Source: Eledone cirrhosa | Lineage: Eukaryota | Assembly: GCA_964016885.1 (NCBI GenBank) | Contig: OZ024741.1 | Span: 374,542,001 to 374,606,000 of the forward strand | Direction: 5' to 3' | Length of the DNA stretch: 64,000 nucleotides | In this document: piece by piece, positions 1 to 14,609 of the stretch | How positions within the stretch are numbered: the stretch's first letter is position 1 | Layout: each line of letters begins with the position of its first letter | Translations under genes and position numbers: made by a program | Notes under the pieces: generated by a model | Seen by the model: only the letters and a program-made list of their open reading frames with translations | What the model was told of the DNA's origin: nothing | Database searches by the model: none

Positions 1-3000
1 TCTGATTATGTGTTGTATGTGGTCCTAGACGTGTGAATTATCTGATTATCTGTTGTATGTGGTCCTAGATGTGTGCATCATCTGATTATGTGTTGTATGT
101 GGTCCTAGATGTGTGTATTATCTGATTATGTGTTGTATGTGGTCCTAGACGTGTGAATTATCTGATTATCTGTTGTATGTGGTCCTAGACGTGTGTATTA
201 TATGATTATGTGTTGTATGTGGTCCTAGATGTGTGTATTATCTGATTATGTGTTGTATGTGGTCCTAAACGTGTGTATTATCTGATTATGTGTTGTATGT
301 GATCCTAGATGTGTGTATTATCTGATTATGTGTTGTATGTGCTCCTAGACGTGTGAATTATCTGATTATCTGTTGTATGTGGTCCTAGACGTGTGTATTA
401 TATGATTATGTGTTGTATGTGGTCCTAGATGTGTGTATTATCTGATTATGTGTTGTATGTGGTCCTAGACGTGTGTATTATCTGATTATGTGCTGTATGT
501 GGTCCTAGACGTGTGTATTATCTGATTATGTGTTGTATGTGGTCCTAGATGTGTGTATTATCTCATTATGTGTTGCATGTGGTCCTAGATGTGTGTATTA
601 TCTGATTATGTGTTGTATGTGTTCCTAAACGTGTGTATTATCTGATTATGTGTTGTATGTGGTCCTAGACGTGTGTATTATCTGATTATGTGTTGTATGT
701 GGTCCTAGATGTGTGTATTATCTGATTATGTGTTGTATGTGGTCCTAGATGTGTGTATTATCTGATTATGTGTTGTATGTGGTCCTAGATGTGTGTATTA
801 TCTGATTATGTGTTGTATGTGGTCCTAGACGTGTGTATTATCTGATTATGTGTTGTATGTGGTCCTAGATGTATGTATTATCTGATTATGTGTTGTATGT
901 GGTCCTAGATGTGTGTATTATATGATTATGTGTTGTATGTGGTCATAGACGTGTGAATTATCCGATTATCTGTTGTATGTGGTCCTAGATGTGTGTATTA
1001 TCTGATTATGTGTTGTATGTGGTCCTAGACGTGTGAATTATCTGATTATCTGTTGTATGTGGTCCTAGATGTGTGTATTATCTGATTATGTTTTGTATGT
1101 GATCCTAGATGTGTGTATTATCTGATTATGTGTTGTATGTGGTCCTAGACGTGTGTATTATCTGATTATGTGTTGTAGGTGGTCCTAGACGTGTGTATTA
1201 TCAGATTATGTGTTGTATGTGGTCCTAGATGTGTGTATTATCTGATTATGTGTTGTATGTGGTCCTAGACGTGTGTATTATCTGGTAATGTGTTGTATGT
1301 GGTCCTAGATGTGTGTATTATCTGATTATGTGTTGTATGTGGTCCTAGATGTGTGTATTATCTGATTATGTGTTGTATGTGGTCCTAGACGTGTGTATTA
1401 TCTGATTATGTGTTGTATGTTGTCCTAGACGTGTGTATTATCTGATTATGTGTTGTATGTGGTCCTAGACGTGTGTATTATCTGATTATGTGTTGTATGT
1501 CGTCCTAGATGTGTGTATTATCTGATTATGTGTTGTATGTGGTCCTAGACGTGTGTATTATCTGGTAATGTGTTGTATGTGGTCCTAGATGTGTGTATTA
1601 TCTGATTATGTGTTGTATGTGGTCCTAGATGTGTGTATTATCTGATTATGTGTTGTATGTGGTCCTAGACGTGTGTATTATCTGATTATGTGTTGTATGT
1701 GGTCCTAGACGTGTGTATTATCTCATTATGTGTTGTATGTGGTCCTAGATGTATGTATTATCTGATTATGTGTTGTATGTGGTCCTAGACGTGTGTATTA
1801 TCTGATTATGTGTTGTATGTGGTCCTAGATGTGTGTATTATCTGATTATGTGTTGTATGTGGTCGTAGACGTGTGTATTATCTGATTATGTGTTGTATGT
1901 GGTCGTAGACGTGTGTATTATCTGATTATGTGTTGTATGTGGTCCTAGATGTGTGTATTATCTGATTATGTGTTGTATGTGGTCGTAGACGTGTGTATTA
2001 TCTGATTATGTGTTGTATGTGGTCGTAGACGTGTGTATTATCTGATTATGTGTTGTATGTGGTCCTAGATGTGTGTATTATCTGATTATGTGTTGTATGT
2101 GGTCGTAGACGTGTGTATTATCTGATTATGTGTTGTATGTGGTCGTAGACGTGTGTATTATCTGATTATGTGTTGTATGTGGTCCTAGATGTGTGTATTA
2201 TCTGATTATGTGTTGTATGTGGTCGTAGACGTGTGTATTATCTGATTATGTGTTGTATGTGGTCGTAGACGTGTGTATTATCTGATTATGTGTTGTATGT
2301 GGTCCTAGATGTGTGTATTATCTGATTATGTGTTGTATGTGGTCGTAGACGTGTGTATTATCTGATTATGTGTTGTATGTGGTCGTAGACGTGTGTATTA
2401 TCTGATTATGTGTTGTATGTGGTCGTAGACGTGTGTATTATCTGATTATGTGTTGTATGTGGTCCTAGATGTGTGTATTATCTGATTATCTGTTGTATGT
2501 GGTCCTAGATGTGTGCATCATCTGATTATGTGTTGTATGTGGTCCTAGATGTGTGTATTATCTGATTATGTGTTGTATGTGGTCCTAGACGTGTGTATTA
2601 TCTGATTATGTGTTGTATGTGGTCCTAGATGTGTGTATTATCTGATTATGTGTTGTATGTGGTCCTAGACGTGTGTATTATCTGGTAATGTGTTGTATGT
2701 GGTCCTAGATGTGTGTATTATCTGATTATGTGTTGTATGTGGTCCTAGATGTGTGTATTATCTGATTATGTGTTGTATGTGGTCCTAGATGTGTGTATTA
2801 TCTGATTATGTGTTGTATGTGGTCCTAGATGTGTGTATTATCTGATTATGTGTTGTATGTGGTCCTAGACGTGTGAATTATCTGATTATCTGTTGTATGT
2901 GGTCCTAGACGTGTGTATTATACGATTATGTGTTGTATGTGGTCCTAGATGTGTGTATTATCTCAGTATGTGTTGTATGTGGTCCTAGATGTGTGTATTA

Positions 3001-6000
3001 TCTCAGTATGTGTTGTATGTGGTCCTAGACGTGTGTATTATCTGATTATGTGTTGTATGTGGTCCTAGACGTGTGTATTATCTGGTAATGTGTTGTATGT
3101 GGTCCTAGATGTGTGTATTATCTGATTATGTGTTGTATGTGGTCCTAGACGTGTGAATTATCTGATTATCTGTTGTATGTGGTCCTAGACGTGTGTATTA
3201 TACGATTATGTGTTGTATGTGGTCCTAGATGTGTGTATTATCTCAGTATGTGTTGTATGTGGTCCTAGATGTGTGTATTATCTCAGTATGTGTTGTATGT
3301 GGTCCTAGACGTGTGTATTATCTGATTATGTGTTGTATGTGGTCATAGACGTGTGTATTATCTGGTAATGTGTTGTATGTGGTTCTAGATGTGTGTATTA
3401 TCTCATTATGTGTTGTATGTGGTCCTAGACGTGTGTATTATCTGATTATGTGTTGTATGTGGTCCTAGACGTGTGTATTATCTGGTAATGTGTTGTATGT
3501 GGTCCTAGATGTGTGTATTATCTGATTATGTGTTGTATGTGGTCCTAGACGTGTGTATTATACGATTATGTGTTGTATGTGGTCCTAGATGTGTGTATTA
3601 TCTCAGTATGTGTTGTATGTGGTCCTAGACGTGTGTATTATCTGGTAATGTGTTGTATGTGGTCCTAGATGTGTGTATTATCTGATTATGTGTTGTATGT
3701 GGTCCTAGATGTGTGTATTATCTGATTATGTGTTGTATGTGGTCCTAGATGTGTGTATTATCTGATTATGTGTTGTATGTGGTCCTAGACGTGTGAATTA
3801 TCTGATTATCTGTTGTATGTGGTCCTAGACGTGTGTATTATACGATTATGTGTTGTATGTGGTCCTAGATGTGTGTATTATCTCAGTATGTGTTGTATGT
3901 GGTCCTAGATGTGTGTATTATCTCAGTATGTGTTGTATGTGGTCCTAGACGTGTGTATTATCTGATTATGTGTTGTATGTGGTCCTAGACGTGTGTATTA
4001 TCTGGTAATGTGTTGTATGTGGTCCTAGATGTGTGTATTATCTGATTATGTGCTGTATGTGGTCCTAGATGTGTGTATTATCTGATTATGTGTTGTATGT
4101 GGTCCTAGATGTGTGTATTATCTGATTATGTGTTGTATGTGGTCCTAGACGTGTGAATTATCTGATTATCTGTTGTATGTGGTCCTAGACGTGTGTATTA
4201 TCTGATTATGTGATGTATGTGGTCCTAGACGTGTGTATTATCTGGTAATGTGTTGTATGTGGTCCTAGATGTGTGTATTATCTGATTATGTGTTGTATGT
4301 GGTCCTAGATGTGTGTATTATCTGATTATGTGTTGTATGTGGTCCTAGACGTGTGTATTATCTGATTATGTGTTGTATGTGGTCCTAGATGTGTGTATTA
4401 TCTGATTATGTGTTGTATGTGGTCCTAGATGTGTGTATTATCTCAGTATGTGTTGTATGTGGTCCTAGATGTGTGTATTATCTCAGTATGTGTTGTATGT
4501 GGTCCTAGATGTGTGTATTATCTTATTATGTGTTGTATGTGGTCCTAGACGTGTGTATTATCTGATTATGTGTTGTATGTGGTCCTAGACGTGTGTATTA
4601 TCTGATTATGTGTTGTATGTGGTCCTAGACGTGTGTATTATCTGATTATGTGTTGTATGTGGTCCTAGACGTGTGTATAATCTGATTATGTGTTCTATGT
4701 GGTCCTAGATGTGTGTATTATCTCAGTATGTGTTGTATGTGGTCCTAGATGTGTGTATTATCTCAGTATGTGTTGTATGTGGTCCTAGATGTGTGTATTA
4801 TCTTATTATGTGTTGTATGTGGTCCTAGACGTGTGTATTATCTGATTATGTGTTGTATGTGGTCCTAGACGTGTGTATTATCTGATTATGTGTTGTATGT
4901 GGTCCTAGATGTGTGTATTATCTGATTATGTGTTGTATGTGGTCCTAGACGTGTGTATTATCTGATTATGTGTTGTATGTGGTCCTAGACGTGTGTATTA
5001 TCTGATTATGTGTTGTATGTTGTCCTAGACGTGTGTATTATCTGATTATGTGGTCCTAGACATGTGTATTATCTGATTATGAGTTGTATGTGGTCCTAGA
5101 CGTGTGTATTATCTGATTATGTGTTGTATGTGGTCCTAGACGTGTGTATTATCTGATTATGTGTTGTATGTGGTCCTAGACGTGTGTATTATCTGATTAT
5201 GTGTTGTATGTTGTCCTAGACGTGTGTATTATCTGATTATGTGTTGTATGTGGTCCTAGACGTGTGTATTATCTGATTATGTGTTGTATGTTGTCCTAGA
5301 TGTGTGTATTATCTGATAATGTGTTGTATGTGGTCCTAGACGTGTGTATTATCTGATTATGTGTTGTATGTGGTCCTAGACGTGTGTATTATCTGATTAT
5401 GTGTTGTATGTGGTCCTAGACGTGTGTATTATCTGATTATGTGTTGTATGTGGTCCTAGATGTGTGTATTATCTGATTATGTGTTGTATGTGGTCCTAGA
5501 TGTGTGTATTATCTGATTATGTGTTGTATGTGGTTCTAGATGTGTGTATTATCTGATTATGTGTTGTATGTGGTCCTAGATGTGTGTATTATCTGATTAT
5601 GTGTTGTATGTGGTCCTAGATGTGTATATTATCTGATTACGTGTTGTATGTGGTCCTAGATGTGTGTATTATCTGATTATGTGCTGTATGTGGTCCTACA
5701 TGTGTGTATTATCTGATTATGTGGCCTAGATGTGTGTATTATCTGATTATCTGTTGTATGTAGTCCTTGATGTGTGTATTATCTGATTATCTGTTGTATG
5801 TGGTCCTAGATGTGTGTATTATCTGATTAAGTGTTGTATGTGGTCCTAGATGTGTCTATTATCTGATTATGTGGTCCTAGATGTGTGTATTATCTGATTA
5901 TGTGTTGTATGTGGTCCTAGATGTGTGTATTATCTGATTATGTGTTGTATGTGGTCCTAGATGTGTGTATTATCTGATTATGTTTTGTATGTGGTCCTAG

Positions 6001-9000
6001 ATGTGTGTATTATCTGATTATGTGTTGTATGTGGCCCTAGATGTGTGTATTATCTGATTATGTGTTGTACGTGGTCCTAGATGTGTGTATTATCTGATTA
6101 TGTGTTGTATGTGGTCCTAGACGTGTGTATTATCTGATTATGTGTTGTACGTGGTGCTAGACGTGTGTATTATTTGATTATGTGTTGTATGTGGTCCTAG
6201 ATGTGTGTATTATCTGATTATGTGTTGTATGTGGTCCTAGACGTGTGTATTACCTGATTATGTGTTGTATGTGGTCCTAGACGTGTGTATTATCTGATTA
6301 TGTGTTGTATGTGGTCCTAGATGTGTGTATTATCTGATTATGTGTTGTATGTGGTCCTAGACGTGTGTATTATCTGGTAATGTGTTGTATGTGGTCCTAG
6401 ATGTGTGTATTATCTGATTATGTGTTGTATGTGGTCCTAGATGTGTGTATTATCTGATTATGTGTTGTATGTGGTCCTAGACGTGTGTATTATCTGATTA
6501 TGTGTTGTATGTGGTCCTAGACGTGTGTATTATCTCATTATGTGTTGTATGTGGTCCTAGATGTATGTATTATCTGATTATGTGTTGTATGTGGTCCTAG
6601 ACGTGTGTATTATCTGATTATGTGTTGTATGTGGTCCTAGATGTGTGTATTATCTGATTATGTGTTGTATGTGGTCGTAGACGTGTGTATTATCTTATTA
6701 TGTGTTGTATGTGGTCGTAGACGTGTGTATTATCTGATTATGTGTTGTATGTGGTCCTAGATGTGTGTATTATCTGATTATGTGTTGTATGTGGTCGTAG
6801 ACGTGTGTATTATCTGATTATGTGTTGTATGTGGTCGTAGACGTGTGTATTATCTGATTATGTGTTGTATGTGGTCCTAGATGTGTGTATTATCTGATTA
6901 TGTGTTGTATGTGGTCGTAGACGTGTGTATTATCTGATTATGTGTTGTATGTGGTCGTAGACGTGTGTATTATCTGATTATGTGTTGTATGTGGTCCTAG
7001 ATGTGTGTATTATCTGATTATGTGTTGTATGTGGTCGTAGACGTGTGTATTATCTGATTATGTGTTGTATGTGGTCGTAGACGTGTGTATTATCTGATTA
7101 TGTGTTGTATGTGGTCCTAGATGTGTGTATTATCTGATTATGTGTTGTATGTGGTCGTAGACGTGTGTATTATCTGATTATGTGTTGTATGTGGTCGTAG
7201 ACGTGTGTATTATCTGATTATGTGTTGTATGTGGTCGTAGACGTGTGTATTATCTGATTATCTGTTGTATGTGGTCCTAGATGTGTGCATCATCTGATTA
7301 TGTGTTGTATGTGGTCCTAGATGTGTGTATTATCTGATTATGTGTTGTATGTGGTCCTAGACGTGTGTATTATCTGATTATGTGTTGTATGTGGTCCTAG
7401 ATGTGTGTATTATCTGATTATGTGTTGTATGTGGTCCTAGACGTGTGTATTATCTGGTAATGTGTTGTATGTGGTCCTAGATGTGTGTATTATCTGATTA
7501 TGTGTTGTATGTGGTCCTAGATGTGTGTATTATCTGATTATGTGTTGTATGTGGTCCTAGATGTGTGTATTATCTGATTATGTGTTGTATGTGGTCGTAG
7601 ACGTGTGTATTATCTGATTATGTGTTGTATGTGGTCGTAGACGTGTGTATTATCTGATTATGTGTTGTATGTGGTCCTAGATGTGTGTATTATCTGATTA
7701 TCTGTTGTATGTGGTCCTAGATGTGTGCATCATCTGATTATGTGTTGTATGTGGTCCTAGATGTGTGTATTATCTGATTATGTGTTGTATGTGGTCCTAG
7801 ACGTGTGTATTATCTGATTATGTGTTGTATGTGGTCCTAGATGTGTGTATTATCTGATTATGTGTTGTATGTGGTCCTAGACGTGTGTATTATCTGGTAA
7901 TGTGTTGTATGTGGTCCTAGATGTGTGTATTATCTGATTATGTGTTGTATGTGGTCCTAGATGTGTGTATTATCTGATTATGTGTTGTATGTGGTCCTAG
8001 ATGTGTGTATTATCTGATTATGTGTTGTATGTGGTCCTAGATGTGTGTATTATCTGATTATGTGTTGTATGTGGTCCTAGACGTGTGAATTATCTGATTA
8101 TCTGTTGTATGTGGTCCTAGACGTGTGTATTATACGATTATGTGTTGTATGTGGTCCTAGATGTGTGTATTATCTCAGTATGTGTTGTATGTGGTCCTAG
8201 ATGTGTGTATTATCTCAGTATGTGTTGTATGTGGTCCTAGACGTGTGTATTATCTGATTATGTGTTGTATGTGGTCCTAGACGTGTGTATTATCTGGTAA
8301 TGTGTTGTATGTGGTCCTAGATGTGTGTATTATCTGATTATGTGTTGTATGTGGTCCTAGACGTGTGAATTATCTGATTATCTGTTGTATGTGGTCCTAG
8401 ACGTGTGTATTATACGATTATGTGTTGTATGTGGTCCTAGATGTGTGTATTATCTCAGTATGTGTTGTATGTGGTCCTAGATGTGTGTATTATCTCAGTA
8501 TGTGTTGTATGTGGTCCTAGACGTGTGTATTATCTGATTATGTGTTGTATGTGGTCATAGACGTGTGTATTATCTGGTAATGTGTTGTATGTGGTTCTAG
8601 ATGTGTGTATTATCTGATTATGTGTTGTATGTGGTCCTAGACGTGTGTATTATCTGATTATGTGTTGTATGTGGTCCTAGACGTGTGTATTATCTGGTAA
8701 TGTGTTGTATGTGGTCCTAGATGTGTGTATTATCTGATTATGTGTTGTATGTGGTCCTAGACGTGTGTATTATACGATTATGTGTTGTATGTGGTCCTAG
8801 ATGTGTGTATTATCTCAGTATGTGTTGTATGTGGTCCTAGACGTGTGTATTATCTGGTAATGTGTTGTATGTGGTCCTAGATGTGTGTATTATCTGATTA
8901 TGTGTTGTATGTGGTCCTAGATGTGTGTATTATCTGATTATGTGTTGTATGTGGTCCTAGATGTGTGTATTATCTGATTATGTGTTGTATGTGGTCCTAG

Positions 9001-12000
9001 ACGTGTGAATTATCTGATTATCTGTTGTATGTGGTCCTAGACGTGTGTATTATACGATTATGTGTTGTATGTGGTCCTAGATGTGTGTATTATCTCAGTA
9101 TGTGTTGTATGTGGTCCTAGATGTGTGTATTATCTCAGTATGTGTTGTATGTGGTCCTAGACGTGTGTATTATCTGATTATGTGTTGTATGTGGTCCTAG
9201 ACGTGTGTATTATCTGGTAATGTGTTGTATGTGGTCCTAGATGTGTGTATTATCTGATTATGTGTTGTATGTGGTCCTAGATGTGTGTATTATCTGATTA
9301 TGTGTTGTATGTGGTCCTAGATGTGTGTATTATCTGATTATGTGTTGTATGTGGTCCTAGACGTGTGAATTATCTGATTATCTGTTGTATGTGGTCCTAG
9401 ACGTGTGTATTATCTGATTATGTGATGTATGTGGTCCTAGACGTGTGTATTATCTGGTAATGTGTTGTATGTGGTCCTAGATGTGTGTATTATCTGATTA
9501 TGTGTTGTATGTGGTCCTAGATGTGTGTATTATCTGATTATGTGTTGTATGTGGTCCTAGACGTGTGTATTATCTGATTATGTGTTGTATGTGGTCCTAG
9601 ATGTGTGTATTATCTGATTATGTGTTGTATGTGGTCCTAGATGTGTGTATTATCTCAGTATGTGTTGTATGTGGTCCTAGATGTGTGTATTATCTCAGTA
9701 TGTGTTGTATGTGGTCCTAGATGTGTGTATTATCTTATTATGTGTTGTATGTGGTCCTAGACGTGTGTATTATCTGATTATGTGTTGTATGTGGTCCTAG
9801 ACGTGTGTATTATCTGATTATGTGTTGTATGTGGTCCTAGACGTGTGTATTATCTGATTATGTGTTGTATGTGGTCCTAGACGTGTGTATAATCTGATTA
9901 TGTGTTCTATGTGGTCCTAGATGTGTGTATTATCTCAGTATGTGTTGTATGTGGTCCTAGATGTGTGTATTATCTTATTATGTGTTGTATGTGGTCCTAG
10001 ACGTGTGTATTATCTGATTATGTGTTGTATGTGGTCCTAGACGTGTGTATTATCTGATTATGTGTTGTATGTGGTCCTAGATGTGTGTATTATCTGATTA
10101 TGTGTTGTATGTGGTCCTAGACGTGTGTATTATCTGATTATGTGTTGTATGTGGTCCTAGACGTGTGTATTATCTGATTATGTGTTGTATGTTGTCCTAG
10201 ACGTGTGTATTATCTGATTATGTGGTCCTAGACATGTGTATTATCTGATTATGAGTTGTATGTGGTCCTAGACGTGTGTATTATCTGATTATGTGTTGTA
10301 TGTGGTCCTAGACGTGTGTATTATCTGATTATGTGTTGTATGTGGTCCTAGACGTGTGTATTATCTGATTATGTGTTGTATGTTGTCCTAGACGTGTGTA
10401 TTATCTGATTATGTGTTGTATGTGGTCCTAGACGTGTGTATTATCTGATTATGTGTTGTATGTTGTCCTAGATGTGTGTATTATCTGATAATGTGTTGTA
10501 TGTGGTCCTAGACGTGTGTATTATCTGATTATGTGTTGTATGTGGTCCTAGACGTGTGTATTATCTGATCATGTGTTGTATGTGGTCCTAGACGTGTGTA
10601 TTATCTGATTATGTGTTGTATGTGGTCCTAGATGTGTGTATTATCTGATTATGTGTTGTATGTGGTCCTAGATGTGTGTATTATCTGATTATGTGTTGTA
10701 TGTGGTTCTAGATGTGTGTATTATCTGATTATGTGTTGTATGTGGTCCTACATGTGTGTATTATCTGATTATGTGTTGTATGTGGTCCTAGATGTGTATA
10801 TTATCTGATTACGTGTTGTATGTGGTCCTAGATGTGTGTATTATCTGATTATGTGCTGTATGTGGTCCTACATGTGTGTATTATCTGATTATGTGGCCTA
10901 GATGTGTGTATTATCTGATTATCTGTTGTATGTAGTCCTTGATGTGTGTATTATCTGATTATCTGTTGTATGTGGTCCTAGATGTGTGTATTATCTGATT
11001 AAGTGTTGTATGTGGTCCTAGATGTGTCTATTATCTGATTATGTGGTCCTAGATGTGTGTATTATCTGATTATGTGTTGTATGTGGTCCTAGATGTGTGT
11101 ATTATCTGATTATGTTTTGTATGTGGTCCTAGATGTGTGTATTATCTGATTATGTGTTGTATGTGGTCCTAGATGTGTGTATTATCTGATTATGTGTTGT
11201 ACGTGGTCCTAGATGTGTGTATTATCTGATTATGTGTTGTATGTGGTCCTAGACGTGTGTATTATCTGATTATGTGTTGTATGTGGTGCTAGACGTGTGT
11301 ATTATTTGATTATGTGTTGTATGTGGTCCTAGATGTGTGTATTATCTGATTATGTGTTGTATGTGGTCCTAGACGTGTGTATTACCTGATTATGTGTTGT
11401 ATGTGATCCTAGATATGTGTATTATCTGATTATGTGTTGTATGTGGTCCTAGATGTGTGTATTCTCTGATTATGTGTTGTATGTGGTCCTAGATGTGTGT
11501 ATTATCTGATTATGTGTTGTATGTTGTCCTAGATGTGTGTATTATCTGATTATGTGTTGTATGTGGTCCTAGACGTTTGTATTATCTGCTTATGTGTTGT
11601 ATGTGGTCCTAGATGTGTGTATTATCTGATTATGTGTTGTATGTGGTTCTAGACGTGTGTATTGTCTGATTATGTGTTGTATGTGGTCCTAGACGTGTGT
11701 ATTATCTGATTATGTGTTGTATGTCGTCCTATACGTGTGTATTATCTGATTATGTGTTGTATGTGGTCCTAGATGTGTGTATTATCTGATTATGTATTGT
11801 ATGTGGTCCTAGATGTGTGTATTATCTGATTATGTGTTGCATGGGGTCCTAGATGTGTGTATTATCTGATTATGTGTTGTATGTCGTCCTAGACGTGTGT
11901 ATTATCTGATTATGTGTTGTATGTGGTCCTAGATGTGTGTATTATCTGATTATGTATTGTATGTGGTCCTAGATGTGTGTATTATCTGATTATGTATTGT

Positions 12001-14363
12001 ATGTGGTCCTAGACGTGTGTATTATCTGATTATGTGTTGTATGTGGTCCTAGATGTGTGTATTATCTGATTATGTGTTGTATGTGGTCCTAGATGTGTGT
12101 ATTATCTGATTAAGTGTTGTATGTCGTCCTAGACGTGTGTATTATCTGATTATGTGTTGTATGTGGTCCTAGATGTGTGTATTATCTGATTATGTATTGT
12201 ATGTGGTCCTAGATGTGTGTATTATCTGATTATGTATTGTATGTGGTCCTAGACGTGTGTATTATCTGATTATGTGTTGTATGTGGTCCTAGATGTGTGT
12301 ATTATCTGATTATGTGTTGTATGTGGTCCTAGATGTGTGTATTATCTGATTATGTGTTGTATGTCGTCCTAGACGTGTGTATTATCTGATTATGTGTTGT
12401 ATGTGGTCCTAGATGTGTGTATTATCTGATTATGTATTGTATGTGGTCCTAGATGTGTGTATTATCTGATTATGTGTTGCATGGGGTCCTAGATGTGTGT
12501 ATTATCTGATTATGTGTTGTATGTCGTCCTAGACGTGTGTATTATCTGATTATGTGTTGTATGTGGTCCTAGATGTGTGTATTATCTGATTATGTATTGT
12601 ATGTGGTCCTAGATGTGTGTATTATCTGATTATGTATTGTATGTGGTCCTAGACGTGTGTATTATCTGATTATGTGTTGTATGTGGTCCTAGATGTGTGT
12701 ATTATCTGATTATGTGTTGTATGTGGTCCTAGATGTGTGTATTATCTGATTATGTGTTGTATGTCGTCCTAGACGTGTGTATTATCTGATTATGTGTTGT
12801 ATGTGGTCCTAGATGTGTGTATTATCTGATTATGTATTGTATGTGGTCCTAGATGTGTGTATTATCTGATTATGTGTTGTATGGGGTCCTAGATGTGTGT
12901 ATTATCTGATTATGTGTTGTATGTGGTCCTAGACGTGTGAATTATCTGATTATCTGTTGTATGTGGTCCTAGACGTGTGTATTATCTGATTATGTGTTGT
13001 ATGTGGTCCTAGACGTGTGTATTATCTGATTATGTGTTGTATGTGGTCCTAGACGTGTGTATTATCTGATTATGTGTTGTATGTGGTCCTAGACGTGTGT
13101 ATTATCTGATTTTGTGTTGTATGTGGTCCTAGATGTGTGTATTATCTGATTATGTGTTGTATGGGGTCCTAGACGTGTGTATTATCTGATTATGTGTTGT
13201 ATGTGGTCCTAGACGTGTGTATTATCTGATTATGTGTTGTATGTGGTCCTAGACGTGTGTATTATCTTATTATGTGTTGTATGTGGTCCTAGACGTGTGT
13301 ATTATCTGATTTTGTGTTGTATGTGGTCCTAGATGTGTGTATTATCTGATTATGTGTTGTATGTGGTCCTAGATGTGTGTATTATCTGATTATGTGTTGT
13401 ATGTGGTCCTAGATGTGTGTATTATCTGATTATGTGGTCCTAGATGTGTGTATTATCTGATTATGTGTTGTATGTGGTCCTAGATGTGTGTATTATCTGA
13501 TTATGTGGTCCTAGATGTGTGTATTATTCGATTATCTGTTGTATGTGATCCTAGATGTGTGTATTATCTGATTATGTGTTGTATGTGGTCCTAGATGTGT
13601 GTATTATCTGATTATCTCTTGTATGTGGTCCTAGGCGTGTGTATTATCTGATTATGTGTTGTATGTGGTCCTAGATGTGTGTATTATCTGACTATGTGTT
13701 GTATGTGGTCCTAGATGTGTGTATTATCTGATTATGTGTTGTATGTGGTCCTAGATGTGTGTATTATCTGATTATTTGTTGTATGTGGTCTTAGATGTGT
13801 GTATTATCTGACTATGTGTTGTATGTGGTCCTAGATGTGTTTATTATCTGATTATCTGTTGTATGTGGTCCTAGACGTGTGTATTATCTGATTATGTGTT
13901 GTATGTGGTCCTAGATGTGTGTATTATCTGATTATGTGTTGTATGTGGTCCTAGACGTGTGTATTATCTGATTATGTGTTGTATGTGGTCCTAGACGTGT
14001 GTATTATCTGATTATGTGTTGTATGTGGTCCTAGATGTGTGTATTATCTGATTATGTGTTGTATGTGGTCCTAGATGTGTGTATTATCTGATTATGTGTT
14101 GTATGTTGTCCTAGATGTGTGTATTATCTGATTATGTGTTGTATGTGGTCCTAGATGTGTATATTTTCTGATTATGTGTTGTATGTGGTCCTAGATGTGT
14201 GTATTATCTGATTATGTGTTGTATGTGGTCCTAGATGTGTGTATTATCTGATTGTGTTGTATGTGGTCCTAGATGTGAGTATTATCTGATTATGTGTTGT
14301 ATGTGGTCCTAGATGTGTGTATTATCTGATTATGTGTTGTATGTGGTCCTAGATGTGTGTATT
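1..14363. repeat. 40-bp tandem satellite array (~360 copies, runs off the window start)
   Basis: Unit TCTGATTATGTGTTGTATGTGGTCCTAGAYGTGTGTATTA repeated continuously with scattered SNPs and a few ~9-bp deletion monomers; abrupt end at ~14363. Confidence 0.99.
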
Positions 14364-14495
14364 TTTAGGATCTCAATTACCGGTTAACGTTTCAATTACC
14401 GGACATACTTGCACTCCTGCTCACAGCTGCGGTCAGACTACAGTTATGCTGTCTGCAAGCTCATTCAAATGCATTCACACTGGCTGTCTCAAAGA

Positions 14496-14590
14496 CATAC
14501 AAATATAGCTTATAAAACTTACCAAAATAAAGAGCCCCCCAGCTCCAAACGTCCCCCAGGGGTGCATATGCCCCCCGTTGAGAACCTTTG
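14496..14590 (-). mobile_element. Terminal segment of a hAT (Charlie/Buster-like) DNA transposon or MITE
   Basis: Ends ...CCCCCCGTTGAGAACCTTTG (reverse complement CAAAGGTTCTCAACGGGGGG, Charlie-like TIR); about 95 bp homologous in inverted orientation to 58267-58421. Confidence 0.65.
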
Positions 14591-14609
14591 ACCCACATGA
14601 TAAAGGGAC

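Noticed and set aside
1-14363. CRISPR-like or coding repeat
   Set aside because: No unique spacers, no ORFs and a eukaryotic context; this is a plain satellite.
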